64,000 nt of DNA. It comes from Holosporales bacterium (GTDB lineage: Bacteria > Pseudomonadota > Alphaproteobacteria > JAJTHO01). The first letter of the stretch is position 1. Each line of letters starts with the position of its first letter. Shown here in pieces: positions 1 through 11,126 of this stretch. The notes under the pieces are model-generated. The model had not been told where the DNA came from. It worked only from the letters and a program-made list of their open reading frames with translations, and did no database searches. The stretch is taken from positions 2,858 through 66,857 of the forward strand of contig JBKCUA010000033.1 in NCBI GenBank assembly GCA_046318675.1. The letters are read 5' to 3'. The position numbers were made by a program, and so were the translations under genes.

Positions 1-191
1 ACAAGCGATCATCGAGAGCCTTGGCAAAGACAGGGGTTGCCGCATGAATAAGCAACCGTTGGCCACTGGCCAAGACACGGGCAACCAGCAAAGGTAGAGC
101 GTCCTCGACAGGACGACGGCTAAGATGATAAAAGTTGACGGTGGCCATGGTTGGATTGTAGCCCTAGGTCATTAGGAACTCCAGCACCCGT

Positions 192-1733
192 ATGACCGAT
201 ACAATTTTAATCCTCGATTTTGGCAGCCAAGTAACCCAACTCATCGCTCGCCGGGTACGGGAAGCCGGCGTATATTCCGAGGTGCGCCCCTATAACGCGC
301 CGTTTTCTAAAGTATCCAATTTAAAAGGCATCATCCTATCCGGTGGCCCAGCCTCAGTGCATCAGGTTCAAAGCCCTCAATTGCCAAAATGGGTATTAGA
401 TCAAAACATTCCCATACTGGGCATTTGTTATGGCCAGCAGGCACTATGTGCCGCTTTGGGCGGAGCGGTGCAGCCTGCCATAAGCCGGGAGTTCGGCTAT
501 GCTGAACTTCTGGTACATCAATCCCATTCTTTATTTTCTGGAATATGGGAAGCCGGCGGGCGTTATCCTGTATGGATGAGCCACGGCGATGTTGTTACGG
601 CTCTCCCATCTGGTTTTATGGTTCTAGCTGGCAATAGTCATACCCCCTTTGCGGTGGTGGCCAACGATACCCGGCGGCTTTACGGTGTGCAATTTCACCC
701 AGAAGTTGCCCATACACCCGACGGCGCGCGATTCATTGATAATTTTGTGCGCCACATTTGCGGTGCCATGGGGTCGTGGACTATGTCGGCGTTCAAAGAT
801 AGCTCTGTTGCTTCACTGCGTCAGCAAGTGGGGAATGGCAATGTCATCTGTGGCCTGTCCGGGGGCGTGGATTCATCCGTAGCCGCAGTACTCCTCCATG
901 AAGCCATTGGGGAACAACTCACCTGTATTTTTGTGGATACCGGGTTGCTACGCAAAAACGAAGCAGCTCAAGTGGTCAAATTGTTCCGGGATACCTACCA
1001 TATCCCATTAGTGCACATTGATGCTGGGGAGCGGTTCCTGAACGCTTTAGCTGGGCACGATGAGCCGGAAATAAAACGTAAAATTATTGGCCGACTATTC
1101 GTGGAAATTTTCGAAGAAGAAGCAAAAAAAATTAAAGGCGCGGATTTTCTTGCCCAGGGAACCCTTTATCCTGATGTCATCGAATCTATCTCCGCCCACG
1201 GTGGTCCTTCGGTCACCATTAAATCCCACCATAATGTTGGGGGCTTGCCGGAAAAAATGCGTCTCAAGCTGGTGGAACCACTGCGGATGTTATTCAAAGA
1301 TGAAGTCCGCGCGTTAGGGCGAGCCTTAGGACTGCCAGAAGCAATGATAGAGCGTCATCCTTTCCCCGGCCCCGGCCTCGCGATTCGCATTCCCGGCGCG
1401 GTGACAGCAGAAAAAATATCGATCTTGCAAAAAGCCGACGCAGTGTACCTTGAAGAACTTCATAAAGCTGGCCTGTATCGTGAAATTTGGCAGGCGTTTG
1501 CGGTGTTGCTACCCGTCAAAACTGTTGGCGTTATGGGCGATGCCCGAACTTATGAATATGTGTTGGCCTTGCGAGCAGTGACAAGCACCGACGGGATGAC
1601 AGCAGCAGCATACCCCATGCCCCATGATGTTTTAGCTCGCATTGCCGGGCGCATTGTCAACGAAGTCCGGGGTATCAACCGCGTTGTTTACGATATAACT
1701 TCTAAGCCACCAGGAACCATCGAATGGGAATAA
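192..1733 (+). CDS. guaA: GMP synthase (glutamine-hydrolysing)
   Basis: 513-aa ORF; N-terminal class-I amidotransferase region (GICYGQQ, HPE), ATP-PPase P-loop SGGVDSSV, conserved C-terminal end ...PPGTIEWE. Confidence 0.9.
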   Translation: MTDTILILDFGSQVTQLIARRVREAGVYSEVRPYNAPFSKVSNLKGIILSGGPASVHQVQSPQLPKWVLDQNIPILGICYGQQALCAALGGAVQPAISREFGYAELLVHQSHSLFSGIWEAGGRYPVWMSHGDVVTALPSGFMVLAGNSHTPFAVVANDTRRLYGVQFHPEVAHTPDGARFIDNFVRHICGAMGSWTMSAFKDSSVASLRQQVGNGNVICGLSGGVDSSVAAVLLHEAIGEQLTCIFVDTGLLRKNEAAQVVKLFRDTYHIPLVHIDAGERFLNALAGHDEPEIKRKIIGRLFVEIFEEEAKKIKGADFLAQGTLYPDVIESISAHGGPSVTIKSHHNVGGLPEKMRLKLVEPLRMLFKDEVRALGRALGLPEAMIERHPFPGPGLAIRIPGAVTAEKISILQKADAVYLEELHKAGLYREIWQAFAVLLPVKTVGVMGDARTYEYVLALRAVTSTDGMTAAAYPMPHDVLARIAGRIVNEVRGINRVVYDITSKPPGTIEWE

Positions 1734-3055
1734 TCCGCTACTTGCTATTGTTCCTAATTTTAGTTGCGCCATTTGCTCATGCGCTTGATGCACCTCGGAT
1801 TGTTGCGATAGTCAACGATGAACCGGTTTCAGGGCAAGAGCTTGCCACTCGAACACGCTTGGCACTGTTTTCTGGCGGCATTACACCAACGCCTGAAGCG
1901 ATAAAATCCTACAGTGGTCAAGTATTACAGCAGATGATCAACGAAATTCTTCAGACAGAAGAAGCTAAACGCCAAGGTATTACCGCCACAGACAAAGAGG
2001 TTGCCGAATCGATCGCTGATCTAGAAAAACAAAACCGGATAGAGCCAGGCAAACTTAAAGCCATGCTTGCAGAACGGGATATTCCATTAGCAACACTAGA
2101 AGCACAAGTACGAGCAAACATTCTTTGGGGTCGCCTGATACGACGCAATTATGGAGCACGCATTTCCGTTAGCCCTCAAGAAATTGATGAAGTACGCGAA
2201 CGCCTTAGCCGTGCAAGAGGTAAAGAAGAATTTGCCTTAAGCGAGATCGTGCTGCGAGTAGATACCACCAAACCGGACAATACCGCCGAAGTGGAAAAGC
2301 TTGCCCAACGCCTCTTCGACGACGTAGCCAACGGGGGTGATTTTGCCGCCTTGGCACGAGAATTTTCATCAGCTCCAACGGCAGCAACAGGGGGTGAACT
2401 AGGCTGGATATTAGCAGAAGAGATTAATGCAAAGCGTCTTGCGGTACTACGCAGCCTGCCGTCAGGAGCAGTAGCCAAACCCCTCAAGGAGGATGGTGCC
2501 GTAACATTGCTATGGCTACGCGGTCGACGACTACTAGGTGGGGGTGAAGGTGCACCACTGAAACATCAGGTATCGGATAAAAATGCCACGGTAGTGTTAT
2601 TTCAAACAGTTTTTGAAATACCGGCAAGTATTGGGGAGCAAGATATACTCAAACTGCGTGATAAAATGATTGACACTACAAAAAATATTCGCAGTTGCAC
2701 TGATGCTCAACGAGTATCGGCAAAAGTAGGGAATCCTTTATCTGGTGCCTTGGGGAAACTATCTTTGGGAAAGTTACCCAGATCGGTAAGGGAGGCAATA
2801 ACGCCCTTGGCCGTAGGAGAATCTACCCGGCCTTTGCTTACTAATGGGGTGCTTGCCGTGTTTACTGTTTGCGATCGCAGTGCGCCACCAGTGCAGACAG
2901 CCCAAGCCGCCGCGCCTTTCCAAATGCCCGATGACGATCAAATCCGCGAGCGGTTGCGCCAGCAAAAAATGCAACGCCACGCGGATAGTTTGCTTCGAGA
3001 AATACGCCGCGCAAGTTTTGTGGATATACGGGATAAAACAGGAACCTCAAGATAA
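1724..3055 (+). CDS. surA: periplasmic chaperone / peptidyl-prolyl isomerase SurA-like
   Basis: 443 aa; N-terminal signal peptide ([14 protein letters not shown]), SurA N-domain, parvulin-type PPIase segment ([12 protein letters not shown]...GGELGW); start overlaps guaA stop by 10 nt. Confidence 0.75.
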   Translation: MGIIRYLLLFLILVAPFAHALDAPRIVAIVNDEPVSGQELATRTRLALFSGGITPTPEAIKSYSGQVLQQMINEILQTEEAKRQGITATDKEVAESIADLEKQNRIEPGKLKAMLAERDIPLATLEAQVRANILWGRLIRRNYGARISVSPQEIDEVRERLSRARGKEEFALSEIVLRVDTTKPDNTAEVEKLAQRLFDDVANGGDFAALAREFSSAPTAATGGELGWILAEEINAKRLAVLRSLPSGAVAKPLKEDGAVTLLWLRGRRLLGGGEGAPLKHQVSDKNATVVLFQTVFEIPASIGEQDILKLRDKMIDTTKNIRSCTDAQRVSAKVGNPLSGALGKLSLGKLPRSVREAITPLAVGESTRPLLTNGVLAVFTVCDRSAPPVQTAQAAAPFQMPDDDQIRERLRQQKMQRHADSLLREIRRASFVDIRDKTGTSR

Positions 3056-3096
3056 TACGATCTTGAAATTATTTGCATCCAGTTAAAAATATGCCT

Positions 3097-5373
3097 TTAA
3101 TTATGCAGCCCGCCAGAAGAGCTGCCCAAACCTAACGCCTCCTGCTCATACGGGGTGTACCGACGGTTACGAAGACGATCCCGACTATACACATTATTGT
3201 ACCAAGCATCACTGCCCAGCGTACGAAAATCAAGGCGCAACATTAACGATGTTGACGGAGCAACTTTGCCATCATCAGTGAAATCTCTGGTTATATCAAG
3301 ACCTAGAGAAAAACAGTTATCAAAATAAGTAATCCCGCCTCGTGCAAGACGATTAGCAGGAGCAGCAATATCCCGGGTATAATTACCCGATAAGAGCCAG
3401 CGATCTCTTACAAAAGTGGACAGCGTTGTAGAAAACTGCTCAATGTCTTTACCACTTGGAGATGTATTTTTTCCAAAGAAAACATAATCATTATTCATTT
3501 GAAATGATGCCCAATTCAATGTCAGGTTAGCATCATTACGTTGAATATGGCCATTATCTTTATCAAACCGAGCATGGTTTTCAAAATCAAAAAATGGCGC
3601 ATAAGAAAGAGCCAACCGACCGACATAATCTGAACGGGTGTCATTAAGCCCACTACCTGCAACAAACAAATCACTATCTTGGCGTCGAAAGCTCTGCCCC
3701 GCAAAAGTACCGATGCGCGCACCGTAAAAATTCTCAAAAATATTGTTCACACCAACATCCACGCGCTGACCACCATCAAACCGATCGCGCGCATAAATCC
3801 GATCCGCCTCAAAAAGATTGTTATCATCAAATTCAAAAGACTTGAAATCCTCATTAGGTATTTTGTCCTGTTTGCTTGGATTACGTGCTACAACAACGCC
3901 CACTATGGGTTCAATGAGATGGGTCATCCCGCTTGGTGCTTGACGAATCCATGGTTGGGAAATCTTCGCATATGCGATAGGCTCCACCCGTCCTGTGTCC
4001 CCCGATTTTGGGTTGCCTGGATCGGTGGTCAGATGGGTCTCTCCATACCAATAATAATCGCTACGCAATAACGCACCATAGGTAAAAAGAGTAGATAGCG
4101 GCAATCTTTTCTCATTCTGCCACCCCGCAGTACTGCTCATCCTGCGGGTGTCTTGACCGTTTAAACGAGTCAACGCCACTGTGTTCGTATCCAGAGAAAA
4201 TTTACCCGGAATACCACCAAGGCTTTTAAGATCGCTATACCGCAACCACGGCAACACCATTGGCACCGCCCGTTGATTTTCACCTTCTCGTAGTGTTTGA
4301 AAATTATACGCACTGGCATTGAAATAGCTATCTCGCCCAAAGCGTTCCGTTGTCAGATTCCGGGTGAGGGACGCACCACTACCATACGGCAACTGAAACC
4401 GCCGAAAGTAACTTTTATCGCTGACCCGTGCCGCATTAAAATTCCACCGCCATGCATCATTGATATCAAAATTACCTCTGGCACTATAATGCCCCTGCTC
4501 AATCATGCGGCCAGTTTGCGCACCAGCAATAAGTTCTTTAACATTAGCACCACTGGCATTAGCTGTTAGAATCCCATTGCCAAACTGGCGCTCATAATCA
4601 ACAAGACCCATTGCCCCAGCATTCGAAAAATACCTAGGCTCAATAATGGCCTGCTGTTGCTCATCAATAGCCCAATAATAAGGTGCCCCAACAATAACCC
4701 CCTGTTCTGTACGCTGGCCTAGTTTCGGCATTAAGAAACCAGATTGACGCTTGACTGTCGGATCGGAGTGAGAAAAATACGGCGCATAAAAAACTGGCAC
4801 TCCATAAATATCCAGCACAAGATCATCATAAAAAATACGCCGTGCAGCCTGATCATGAGTCACCGTACTAGCGTGAAGTTCCCAAATAGGTGCCTTGCTA
4901 TCACCCGGACAGGTTTCACATGCTGTATACGCGGCACCTTCAAGGATACTCTTATTCCCCTCCACACGCCTACCCTTTGCCGCTCGCAGACGTGACTTAT
5001 CGGCAAATCTTGCTTCTAGAGCACCGATTAGTCCTTCCTTAAGATCATCGGTAATTTCCAGACGATCGGTGGTAGTAGTCTGACCACTCTTATCCTGAAA
5101 AAACACGTTACCATCCGCAATAAGACGGCGACTATCCTGATCATATATCAACCTATCAGCGAATAACTCCATCCCATCACTCCGCCGCGCTTCTACTTTT
5201 CCTGTAGCAAGAAGGCGACGCCCCTGCTGTTCATATCGCAAGGTATCTGCGCTCACATCAATAGGAGTATCATTTTTTATCGGAGAAGATTTAGCAAGAG
5301 CCGCGCTCAGCCATCCTCCCGCCAGAATAACGACGAGCAGGCAAAACAACCAGCGGCGAGTGGCAAAAACCAT
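3097..5373 (-). CDS. lptD: LPS-assembly outer membrane protein LptD (OstA)
   Basis: 758 aa; signal peptide, OstA-like N-domain then long beta-barrel-type sequence (alternating aromatic/hydrophilic, C-terminal ...YNNVYSRDRL); divergent from surA as in lptD-surA-pdxA-ksgA neighbourhoods. Confidence 0.85.
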   Translation of the reverse strand: MVFATRRWLFCLLVVILAGGWLSAALAKSSPIKNDTPIDVSADTLRYEQQGRRLLATGKVEARRSDGMELFADRLIYDQDSRRLIADGNVFFQDKSGQTTTTDRLEITDDLKEGLIGALEARFADKSRLRAAKGRRVEGNKSILEGAAYTACETCPGDSKAPIWELHASTVTHDQAARRIFYDDLVLDIYGVPVFYAPYFSHSDPTVKRQSGFLMPKLGQRTEQGVIVGAPYYWAIDEQQQAIIEPRYFSNAGAMGLVDYERQFGNGILTANASGANVKELIAGAQTGRMIEQGHYSARGNFDINDAWRWNFNAARVSDKSYFRRFQLPYGSGASLTRNLTTERFGRDSYFNASAYNFQTLREGENQRAVPMVLPWLRYSDLKSLGGIPGKFSLDTNTVALTRLNGQDTRRMSSTAGWQNEKRLPLSTLFTYGALLRSDYYWYGETHLTTDPGNPKSGDTGRVEPIAYAKISQPWIRQAPSGMTHLIEPIVGVVVARNPSKQDKIPNEDFKSFEFDDNNLFEADRIYARDRFDGGQRVDVGVNNIFENFYGARIGTFAGQSFRRQDSDLFVAGSGLNDTRSDYVGRLALSYAPFFDFENHARFDKDNGHIQRNDANLTLNWASFQMNNDYVFFGKNTSPSGKDIEQFSTTLSTFVRDRWLLSGNYTRDIAAPANRLARGGITYFDNCFSLGLDITRDFTDDGKVAPSTSLMLRLDFRTLGSDAWYNNVYSRDRLRNRRYTPYEQEALGLGSSSGGLHN

Positions 5374-6398
5374 ACAGCAATACTAACGGGTAACCGCCCT
5401 GAGATTCCCAGTGCAGTAACAAGATCAGTAGCAAAATACAATAAAAACCCAGTCCCTAATCCACCGATAATGAGCCGTTTAATAGAAGGACGACGACTAG
5501 GCTGCAATGCCGCACTTGCCGCAATGAATATCATCACCACCAACAATAAAGGCGTTAAAATAATGCTTTGCAAGTGCACTACATGGCGACGTGCGGAAAA
5601 ACCCGCCGCCTGCATCGCCTCAATATACCCTGGCAACGACCAACTGGGGATGGTTTGTGGCGGTGAAAAACTATCTTGGAGTTGCTCTAATGTCACATCT
5701 GTTGGCAATAAAACTACCTTTAGAATCTCCGGCACTACTCCTGGACGACTGCGTACAGCATCAGCAAACCGCCAAAAAGACTCCTGCAATATTGCCTGCC
5801 TAGCATCGAGCCGCTCTACCAGAACATTATCAAGACTAACCCGCAACACCGTGACTCCTTGAAGAATACCATTCACCGGATTGGCACGCTCTGCCCGCAA
5901 CAACGAAAAGCCAATACCATCGCGTTGACGCATCCAGATTCCCCCCTTGCTAACACTGAAGGCATCCACACTGCCCCGAAAGTATTTAGCTTCCATTGCT
6001 TCGTATTGAGCTGAGCTATAAGCGGCAAAAGGATTAAGCAACATAAACCGACCAACCCCCAACGCCAATGCCACAATCAATAATGGCACCAGAAAGCGCC
6101 AAACGGAAATGCCTGCCGCCCGTACAATCGTTAGCTCTTGCGTGCGTGATAAACGATATAAAGTTGCAAGCGCAGCAATCAGCACCACAAATGGCAAGAT
6201 AACTTCCAGCATCCCTGGCAATTTTAACGCTGCCATACGCAACACAAGATACATAGAAATTCCGCTTTTACCCGCAGATCGTCGTAACAACTCCATCCCA
6301 TCGGCCAGAAAAACCAGCAAACATAGCCCTGCGGCTACCATTAAAAGAAATCTGCCAAACTGGCGCAACAAATATCGATCGAGCGCACCTACCACAAC
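5307..6398 (-). CDS. lptG: LPS export permease LptG (YjgP/YjgQ family)
   Basis: YjgP/YjgQ permease fold (LDRYLLRQF... start motif, 6 TM, periplasmic beta-jellyroll region); six-frame ORF runs to 6488 but probable GTG start overlaps lptF stop near 6392-6398. Confidence 0.7.
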   Translation of the reverse strand, partial: VVVGALDRYLLRQFGRFLLMVAAGLCLLVFLADGMELLRRSAGKSGISMYLVLRMAALKLPGMLEVILPFVVLIAALATLYRLSRTQELTIVRAAGISVWRFLVPLLIVALALGVGRFMLLNPFAAYSSAQYEAMEAKYFRGSVDAFSVSKGGIWMRQRDGIGFSLLRAERANPVNGILQGVTVLRVSLDNVLVERLDARQAILQESFWRFADAVRSRPGVVPEILKVVLLPTDVTLEQLQDSFSPPQTIPSWSLPGYIEAMQAAGFSARRHVVHLQSIILTPLLLVVMIFIAASAALQPSRRPSIKRLIIGGLGTGFLLYFATDLVTALGISGRLPVSIAVWFLPLAAGCFACSSLFWREDG

Positions 6399-7498
6399 GC
6401 CCACGTCCCCCGGCGTAAAAACGATATGCCCCACCACAAAGGCATCAATACCAATGCATATTGCAATACGGCCAAGCCCCAAGCCCACGCTGATAAACTC
6501 TCTGAAAGCAGAAGCATAGCCTGTAACGCTACTACTACCCCCGCCGCTATCATTAAGGCTCGCCCCATGCCGCGCCGATTATGCCCAGCACCACTAAGCA
6601 CGGCTAGAACCATTGCAGTCATCGCTAATGGCAACAATGGGCTTATCAAGCGGCTGTGCCCAGCTGCTCGTAATTTGCCACGCCGCCGCGGATCATTTTC
6701 CTTTGCTGCTTGGGAGAACAAATCAACGACTGTTATTTCCTGAACTTCCGCACCACGATTAACCGTTGCGGAAATCAATGAACTCAAATCCAAAATATAT
6801 TCAGAAAAATACAAGAACTGTACCCGCCCCGTCGCTGCATCGAGTTCTTGACGACTTCCGTTTTCAATGCGCAACAATGGCTTTCGATTTTCATCAATCC
6901 AAAGCCTAGCCCGACTTGCTAAAATAATCATTGGACGCTCCGGATTACGGCGATCATCAAGCATAAGACCAAGCAATTCCCCTTGTGCCCCCCGGTGAGC
7001 CGTAAACACTGTTATTCCTTCACCAATTTTATTAAAGGTACCTTCTTCAATAAACGCAGCACCGATATCGGTTCGCAGCGCAGATTCCAAATTCTTGAAA
7101 GAACTATAACTTAAAGGTAAAATAACCAAAGATAATAAATAGCATATCCCACAAACCCCGGTTGCCAACAACAACAATGGCTTCGCAATCTGCCATGGGC
7201 TACGCCCAGCAGCACTGAAAATTACCCATTCAGCATCAGCGATCAACCGATGCACCAACCACACAACAGATAATGCCAGTGCTAACGGCAAAACCAACAA
7301 AAAAAATCCCGGCAACAATAACAGCATGAGTAGAAGAAAAAGCTGCAAAGGTGCGCCGCGATTAACCACCAGATCGACCAGCCGCAATGACTGAGCCAAC
7401 AGCACAATCGCCACCAGCGTTACTGTCACCAGCAACAAGACCAAGCCCGCTTGGCGGAACAAATATTGATTCAGGCGCAACTTCGCCCTCCTAAGCAT
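6389..7498 (-). CDS. lptF: LPS export permease LptF (YjgP/YjgQ family)
   Basis: 369 aa paralogue of downstream ORF, N-terminal MLRRAKLRLNQYLFRQ typical of LptF/G; ATG (7496-7498) overlaps dnaA stop (7498-7500) by 1 nt. Confidence 0.7.
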   Translation of the reverse strand: MLRRAKLRLNQYLFRQAGLVLLLVTVTLVAIVLLAQSLRLVDLVVNRGAPLQLFLLLMLLLLPGFFLLVLPLALALSVVWLVHRLIADAEWVIFSAAGRSPWQIAKPLLLLATGVCGICYLLSLVILPLSYSSFKNLESALRTDIGAAFIEEGTFNKIGEGITVFTAHRGAQGELLGLMLDDRRNPERPMIILASRARLWIDENRKPLLRIENGSRQELDAATGRVQFLYFSEYILDLSSLISATVNRGAEVQEITVVDLFSQAAKENDPRRRGKLRAAGHSRLISPLLPLAMTAMVLAVLSGAGHNRRGMGRALMIAAGVVVALQAMLLLSESLSAWAWGLAVLQYALVLMPLWWGISFLRRGTWALW

Positions 7499-8865
7499 TA
7501 AGCCTGCTGCAACAAACGCTGCAGTAATTTTACATCATCACCAATCCCACGATCAGTATCAAGTAAACTTTCCACATTGCGAATCGCGTGCAGCACCGTG
7601 GTATGATCCCGCCCCCCAAATTTACGCCCCAAATCAGGGAGGGAATGCGTCGTCAACTGTTTGGCAAGATACATAGCCACCTGACGTGGTCGCGCCACCG
7701 TCCTCGATCGTCTTGCGGACAATAAATCCGGTACGGAAACATTATAATGATCGGCCACTTTTTTTTGAATATCGTCCACAGAGACTTTATGCAAATTAGC
7801 ACGAAGAACATCACGAAGCAATTCTTGCGTACCCTCAAGCGTCACTTCGCGGCCAATCAACATAGCATGAGCGGCAATACGATTCAACGCTCCTTCTAAT
7901 TCTCGAACATTAGAGGTAATTTTATGCGCCAAAAATTCCAATACTTGTTTCGGCATTGGAATGTTTAAAATTTCGGTACGACTTTGCAATATACCAAGCC
8001 GCAACTCGTATGTTGTCGGGTGAATATCTGCGACTAATCCCCAGCCTAGTCGGGATTTAAGTCGCGCTTCCATGCCCTCTAGATCGCTCGGGGACTTATC
8101 GGCTGAAACTATGACTTGTCTATTTTGATCAACCAAAGCATTAAATGTATGAAAGAATTCTTCTTGTGTTGATTCCTTGCCGCTAATAAATTGTACATCA
8201 TCAATCATCAACACATCGACAGATCGAAATAAATCTTTAAATGCCATCGTGTCTTTGTGCCGCAAGGACTTGATAAACTCGTACATGAATTTTTCAGCAG
8301 AAAGATACAATACCCGACGCTGTGGTTGATTTTTCGCAATATGCCAAGCAATTGCCTGCATCAGATGAGTTTTTCCAAGACCCACACCACCATAAAGAAA
8401 TAACGGATTAAAAGTCACCTCTCTAGCCTCTGCCACCCGGCGAGCAGCAGCAAAGGCCAACTCATTAGGCTTTCCCACCACAAAATTCTCAAACGTGAGC
8501 CTAGCATCTAATTGCGGTACAAGAGCATCTACGCCAACGCCCCCTGTCTTAGGAGTTTCAAGCGCAGGCGGCTGAGTATCATTGGCGGGCGCAGGGGCAT
8601 CTTCACTTTTATAAAGACTGCTACTTATAATCATTTCTACCGTTGTAACCGATGGCGCCATTCCGCGCACCAACGTACGAATACGATCCCCATAATGAGT
8701 CTCAATCCAATTGCGCATGAATTTAGTCGGCACCGATAACCGAACTTCATCTTCGGCCACACTGTCCATCAACTCTAAAGGTTGAAGCCAACTGCGGTAA
8801 GCAGCCTCACCTACCTCCCGGCGCAATTGCTGCTTGAGTCCTTGCCAGTCTAATGCGGCCATCAA
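7498..8865 (-). CDS. dnaA: chromosomal replication initiator protein DnaA
   Basis: 455 aa; AAA+ Walker A GGVGLGKTHL, Walker B VLMIDDVQF, sensor motifs, C-terminal DNA-binding domain (...VARPRQVAMYLAKQLT...). Confidence 0.92.
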   Translation of the reverse strand: MMAALDWQGLKQQLRREVGEAAYRSWLQPLELMDSVAEDEVRLSVPTKFMRNWIETHYGDRIRTLVRGMAPSVTTVEMIISSSLYKSEDAPAPANDTQPPALETPKTGGVGVDALVPQLDARLTFENFVVGKPNELAFAAARRVAEAREVTFNPLFLYGGVGLGKTHLMQAIAWHIAKNQPQRRVLYLSAEKFMYEFIKSLRHKDTMAFKDLFRSVDVLMIDDVQFISGKESTQEEFFHTFNALVDQNRQVIVSADKSPSDLEGMEARLKSRLGWGLVADIHPTTYELRLGILQSRTEILNIPMPKQVLEFLAHKITSNVRELEGALNRIAAHAMLIGREVTLEGTQELLRDVLRANLHKVSVDDIQKKVADHYNVSVPDLLSARRSRTVARPRQVAMYLAKQLTTHSLPDLGRKFGGRDHTTVLHAIRNVESLLDTDRGIGDDVKLLQRLLQQA

Positions 8866-8927
8866 AAGCCTCCCCAGATGAAAAAACAGCTGAGTTTGTG
8901 TATTATAAAGTTTTTTAAATCTAAAAA

Positions 8928-9194
8928 TTATCCAGCGATTTTCTTTAATCGCTTGGCCAGCCGGGAAACGGTACGACTGGCGGTATTGCCATGCAACACT
9001 CCCTTGGTCACGCCACGATGAATTTCTGGCTGAGCTTCCCTCAATGCTGCCGTCGCCGCTTGTACATCACCAGTATTCAGTGCCGCTTCAACTTTGCGAA
9101 TGAAGGTACGAACGCGGCTCAATCGGGCGCGATTAGCTTCCGTCCGAATAGCGGTAGTACGAATGCGTTTTTGGGCGGAAATATGCTGAGCCAT
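8928..9194 (-). CDS. rpsT: 30S ribosomal protein S20
   Basis: 88 aa, [13 protein letters not shown]... highly conserved bS20 sequence; rpsT-dnaA order typical of Alphaproteobacteria. Confidence 0.9.
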   Translation of the reverse strand: MAQHISAQKRIRTTAIRTEANRARLSRVRTFIRKVEAALNTGDVQAATAALREAQPEIHRGVTKGVLHGNTASRTVSRLAKRLKKIAG

Positions 9195-9239
9195 AAAAAT
9201 TCACCTAAACTATAGTTTACGTCGGACATGTACGCTACC

Positions 9240-9248
9240 TGTGGATAA
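9240..9248. promoter_or_regulatory. consensus DnaA box (TGTGGATAA = reverse complement of TTATCCACA) in rpsT/hupB divergent intergenic region
   Basis: perfect 9-mer read directly; lies about 45 nt upstream of rpsT start, in position to autoregulate the rpsT-dnaA transcript. Confidence 0.5.
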
Positions 9249-9486
9249 CTTAGGCGTCAAGTTCCTTTTTCATGGCTGTTCATGTCAGGCGCGCCCTAGC
9301 TTGAAAAGCCATAATAAAAAGCATTCTAGAGTGTGGCAGAAAATCATCATCATCAAAAAATATAAGAAAAAAGCCGTTTTTCAGTTGACGCAAAAATATT
9401 AATGCTTATGGATTGGCTTAAATAAGCCATTTTTAGGCCAACAAGGTCTGCAAAGCGGCGGATTCCAACCAACTGGAGAAAACCTT

Positions 9487-9765
9487 ATGAACAAAAATGA
9501 ACTCATTGGCGCGATTGCCGACCATTCCGGTCTCAGCAAGGCCGATACTACACGCGCCCTCGACGCGGCGCTAGAAATCATCAGCAAAACCCTCCGCAAA
9601 GGCGGCGACGTTCGCCTTGTCGGCTTTGGCACCTTCCTCGTTACCAAACGCCAAGCCACCGAAGGTCGTAACCCCCGCACGGGTCAAAAAATCAAGATTG
9701 CAGCCTCAACCCAGCCGAAATTCCGCGCTGGAAAAAGCCTGAAAGACCTCGTTAACAAAAAGTAA
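9487..9765 (+). CDS. hupB: DNA-binding protein HU
   Basis: 92 aa; MNKNELIGAIAD...GFGTF...RNPRTGQKIKI canonical HU/IHF fold signature. Confidence 0.88.
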   Translation: MNKNELIGAIADHSGLSKADTTRALDAALEIISKTLRKGGDVRLVGFGTFLVTKRQATEGRNPRTGQKIKIAASTQPKFRAGKSLKDLVNKK

Positions 9766-9781
9766 TCTCTAAAAATACCCT

Positions 9782-9818
9782 AAAAAACGGCTTTCGTTCT
9801 ACGCGGAGGCCGTTTTTT
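9782..9818 (+). terminator. Rho-independent terminator downstream of hupB
   Basis: aaaaaacggc ... gccgtttttt inverted repeat (6-10 bp stem) followed by T-run, 17 nt after hupB stop. Confidence 0.5.
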
Positions 9819-10046
9819 GATTGTGCAAAAAACTAACGGCCCTGGGGTTGGGCATCACCTATGAACAGCTCACCTCCGACCTGACAGGCGTCAACTATTA
9901 CAGCATCCAGACAATGCTGAAAAAAGGGGGTCAAAAAATCCGCCCGATCCTGTCTCTCGCTTTTTAAACGCGGCTTACGTACTCTCCGACGATGCTTTGC
10001 TAAAACTCAAAGCCTTCACCCTCTATGGTTCCGCTTAAACTGATGG

Positions 10047-11126
10047 GTGGTAAGTATGTCTTTCTTAATGATAGCAATATCCATTGTCTCTGCCCCTATC
10101 CCATTTTACAATAACGGGGCGATGTCCTCCGTTTTTCTCCCTCCTCTTGCCCTGACCGCCGGTGAACCCGCCGGGATTGCCGCTGAGATTACCGTGCGGG
10201 CGTGGTTGGGGCGTGATCGCTTGCCGGTGCCGTTTTATATTGTTGCGGATGCGGATCATATAAAGGAAACTGCGGCGCGACTGCGGTTAAGCGTGCCCAT
10301 TGCGCGTATTACCGACCCGCATCAGACAACAATGGTCTTTCCCAGCGCTCTACCGGTACTGCACCAGCCGTTGGCCGTCCCTGTGACCCCGGGGGTGCTT
10401 GAACCCGCCAATGCCCCCGCTGTGCTGGCAAGTTTGCAGACGGCCCTCGCGGCGGTGCAGGGCGGCACGGCAAGTGCGCTGGTCACCAATCCGATTCATA
10501 AGGGCACATTGTATGCTGCTGGGTTTTCGTATGATGGGCATACGGAGTATTTGGAGGCGCATACATACACGCCTTTGGCAGTGATGATGCTGGCCTGTCC
10601 ATCGCTGCGGGTGGTGCCATTGACGATTCATAAGTCGTTGCGTCAGGCGATTGAGCACGTTGCGCCGCACCGCATTATTGCCACGGTGCGGGTGATGGTG
10701 TCTGGCCTCCGCGAGTATTGGGGCATCGCTCGGCCCCGGATTGCGGTGGCGGGGCTTAATCCCCATGCCGGGGAGGGAGGTACCATGGGGGATGAAGAAA
10801 TACGGTGTATTGTTCCTGCGCTGGAGGCTTTGCGTGAGGAAGGGATTGATGTGCAGGGACCGTTTGCTGCCGATGGGTTGTTTCATGAGCAGGCGCGGGG
10901 GAGCTATGATGCGGCTTTATGTATGTATCATGATCAGGCGTTGATCCCTATTAAGACGCTGGATTTTTGGGGTGCGGTGAACATTACCTTGGGTCTGCCC
11001 ATTATTCGCACCTCGCCGGATCACGGCACGGCGTTGTCCTTGGCAGCGGTAGGCGGGGCGCGACCCAACAGCTTGCTCGCGGCGTTGACGCTGGCGGGGG
11101 AGCTGGCTCTAAAACGTGTTGGATAA
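10047..11126 (+). CDS. pdxA: 4-hydroxythreonine-4-phosphate dehydrogenase PdxA
   Basis: TAGEPAGIAAE N-terminal motif, NPHAGEGG, HDQALIPIK motifs; likely true start ATG 10122 (MSSVFLPP...). Confidence 0.85.
   Translation: MVSMSFLMIAISIVSAPIPFYNNGAMSSVFLPPLALTAGEPAGIAAEITVRAWLGRDRLPVPFYIVADADHIKETAARLRLSVPIARITDPHQTTMVFPSALPVLHQPLAVPVTPGVLEPANAPAVLASLQTALAAVQGGTASALVTNPIHKGTLYAAGFSYDGHTEYLEAHTYTPLAVMMLACPSLRVVPLTIHKSLRQAIEHVAPHRIIATVRVMVSGLREYWGIARPRIAVAGLNPHAGEGGTMGDEEIRCIVPALEALREEGIDVQGPFAADGLFHEQARGSYDAALCMYHDQALIPIKTLDFWGAVNITLGLPIIRTSPDHGTALSLAAVGGARPNSLLAALTLAGELALKRVG

Noticed and set aside
9195-9486. The rpsT/hupB intergenic region as a possible oriC.
   Set aside because: Only one consensus DnaA box (9240-9248) was found, and no cluster of boxes or AT-rich unwinding element was recognised. 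It is more consistent with a DnaA-regulated promoter.
9820-10046. Short open frames between the hupB terminator and pdxA as possible small genes or a gene remnant.
   Set aside because: Frames are under 40 codons with no RBS and no recognisable motif.
10350-10886. A 178-aa minus-strand ORF inside pdxA and similar antisense ORFs inside dnaA, lptD, lpxD, uvrD, cheA and the MCP.
   Set aside because: These are typical GC-rich antisense open frames. The sense-strand proteins have strong conserved motifs.
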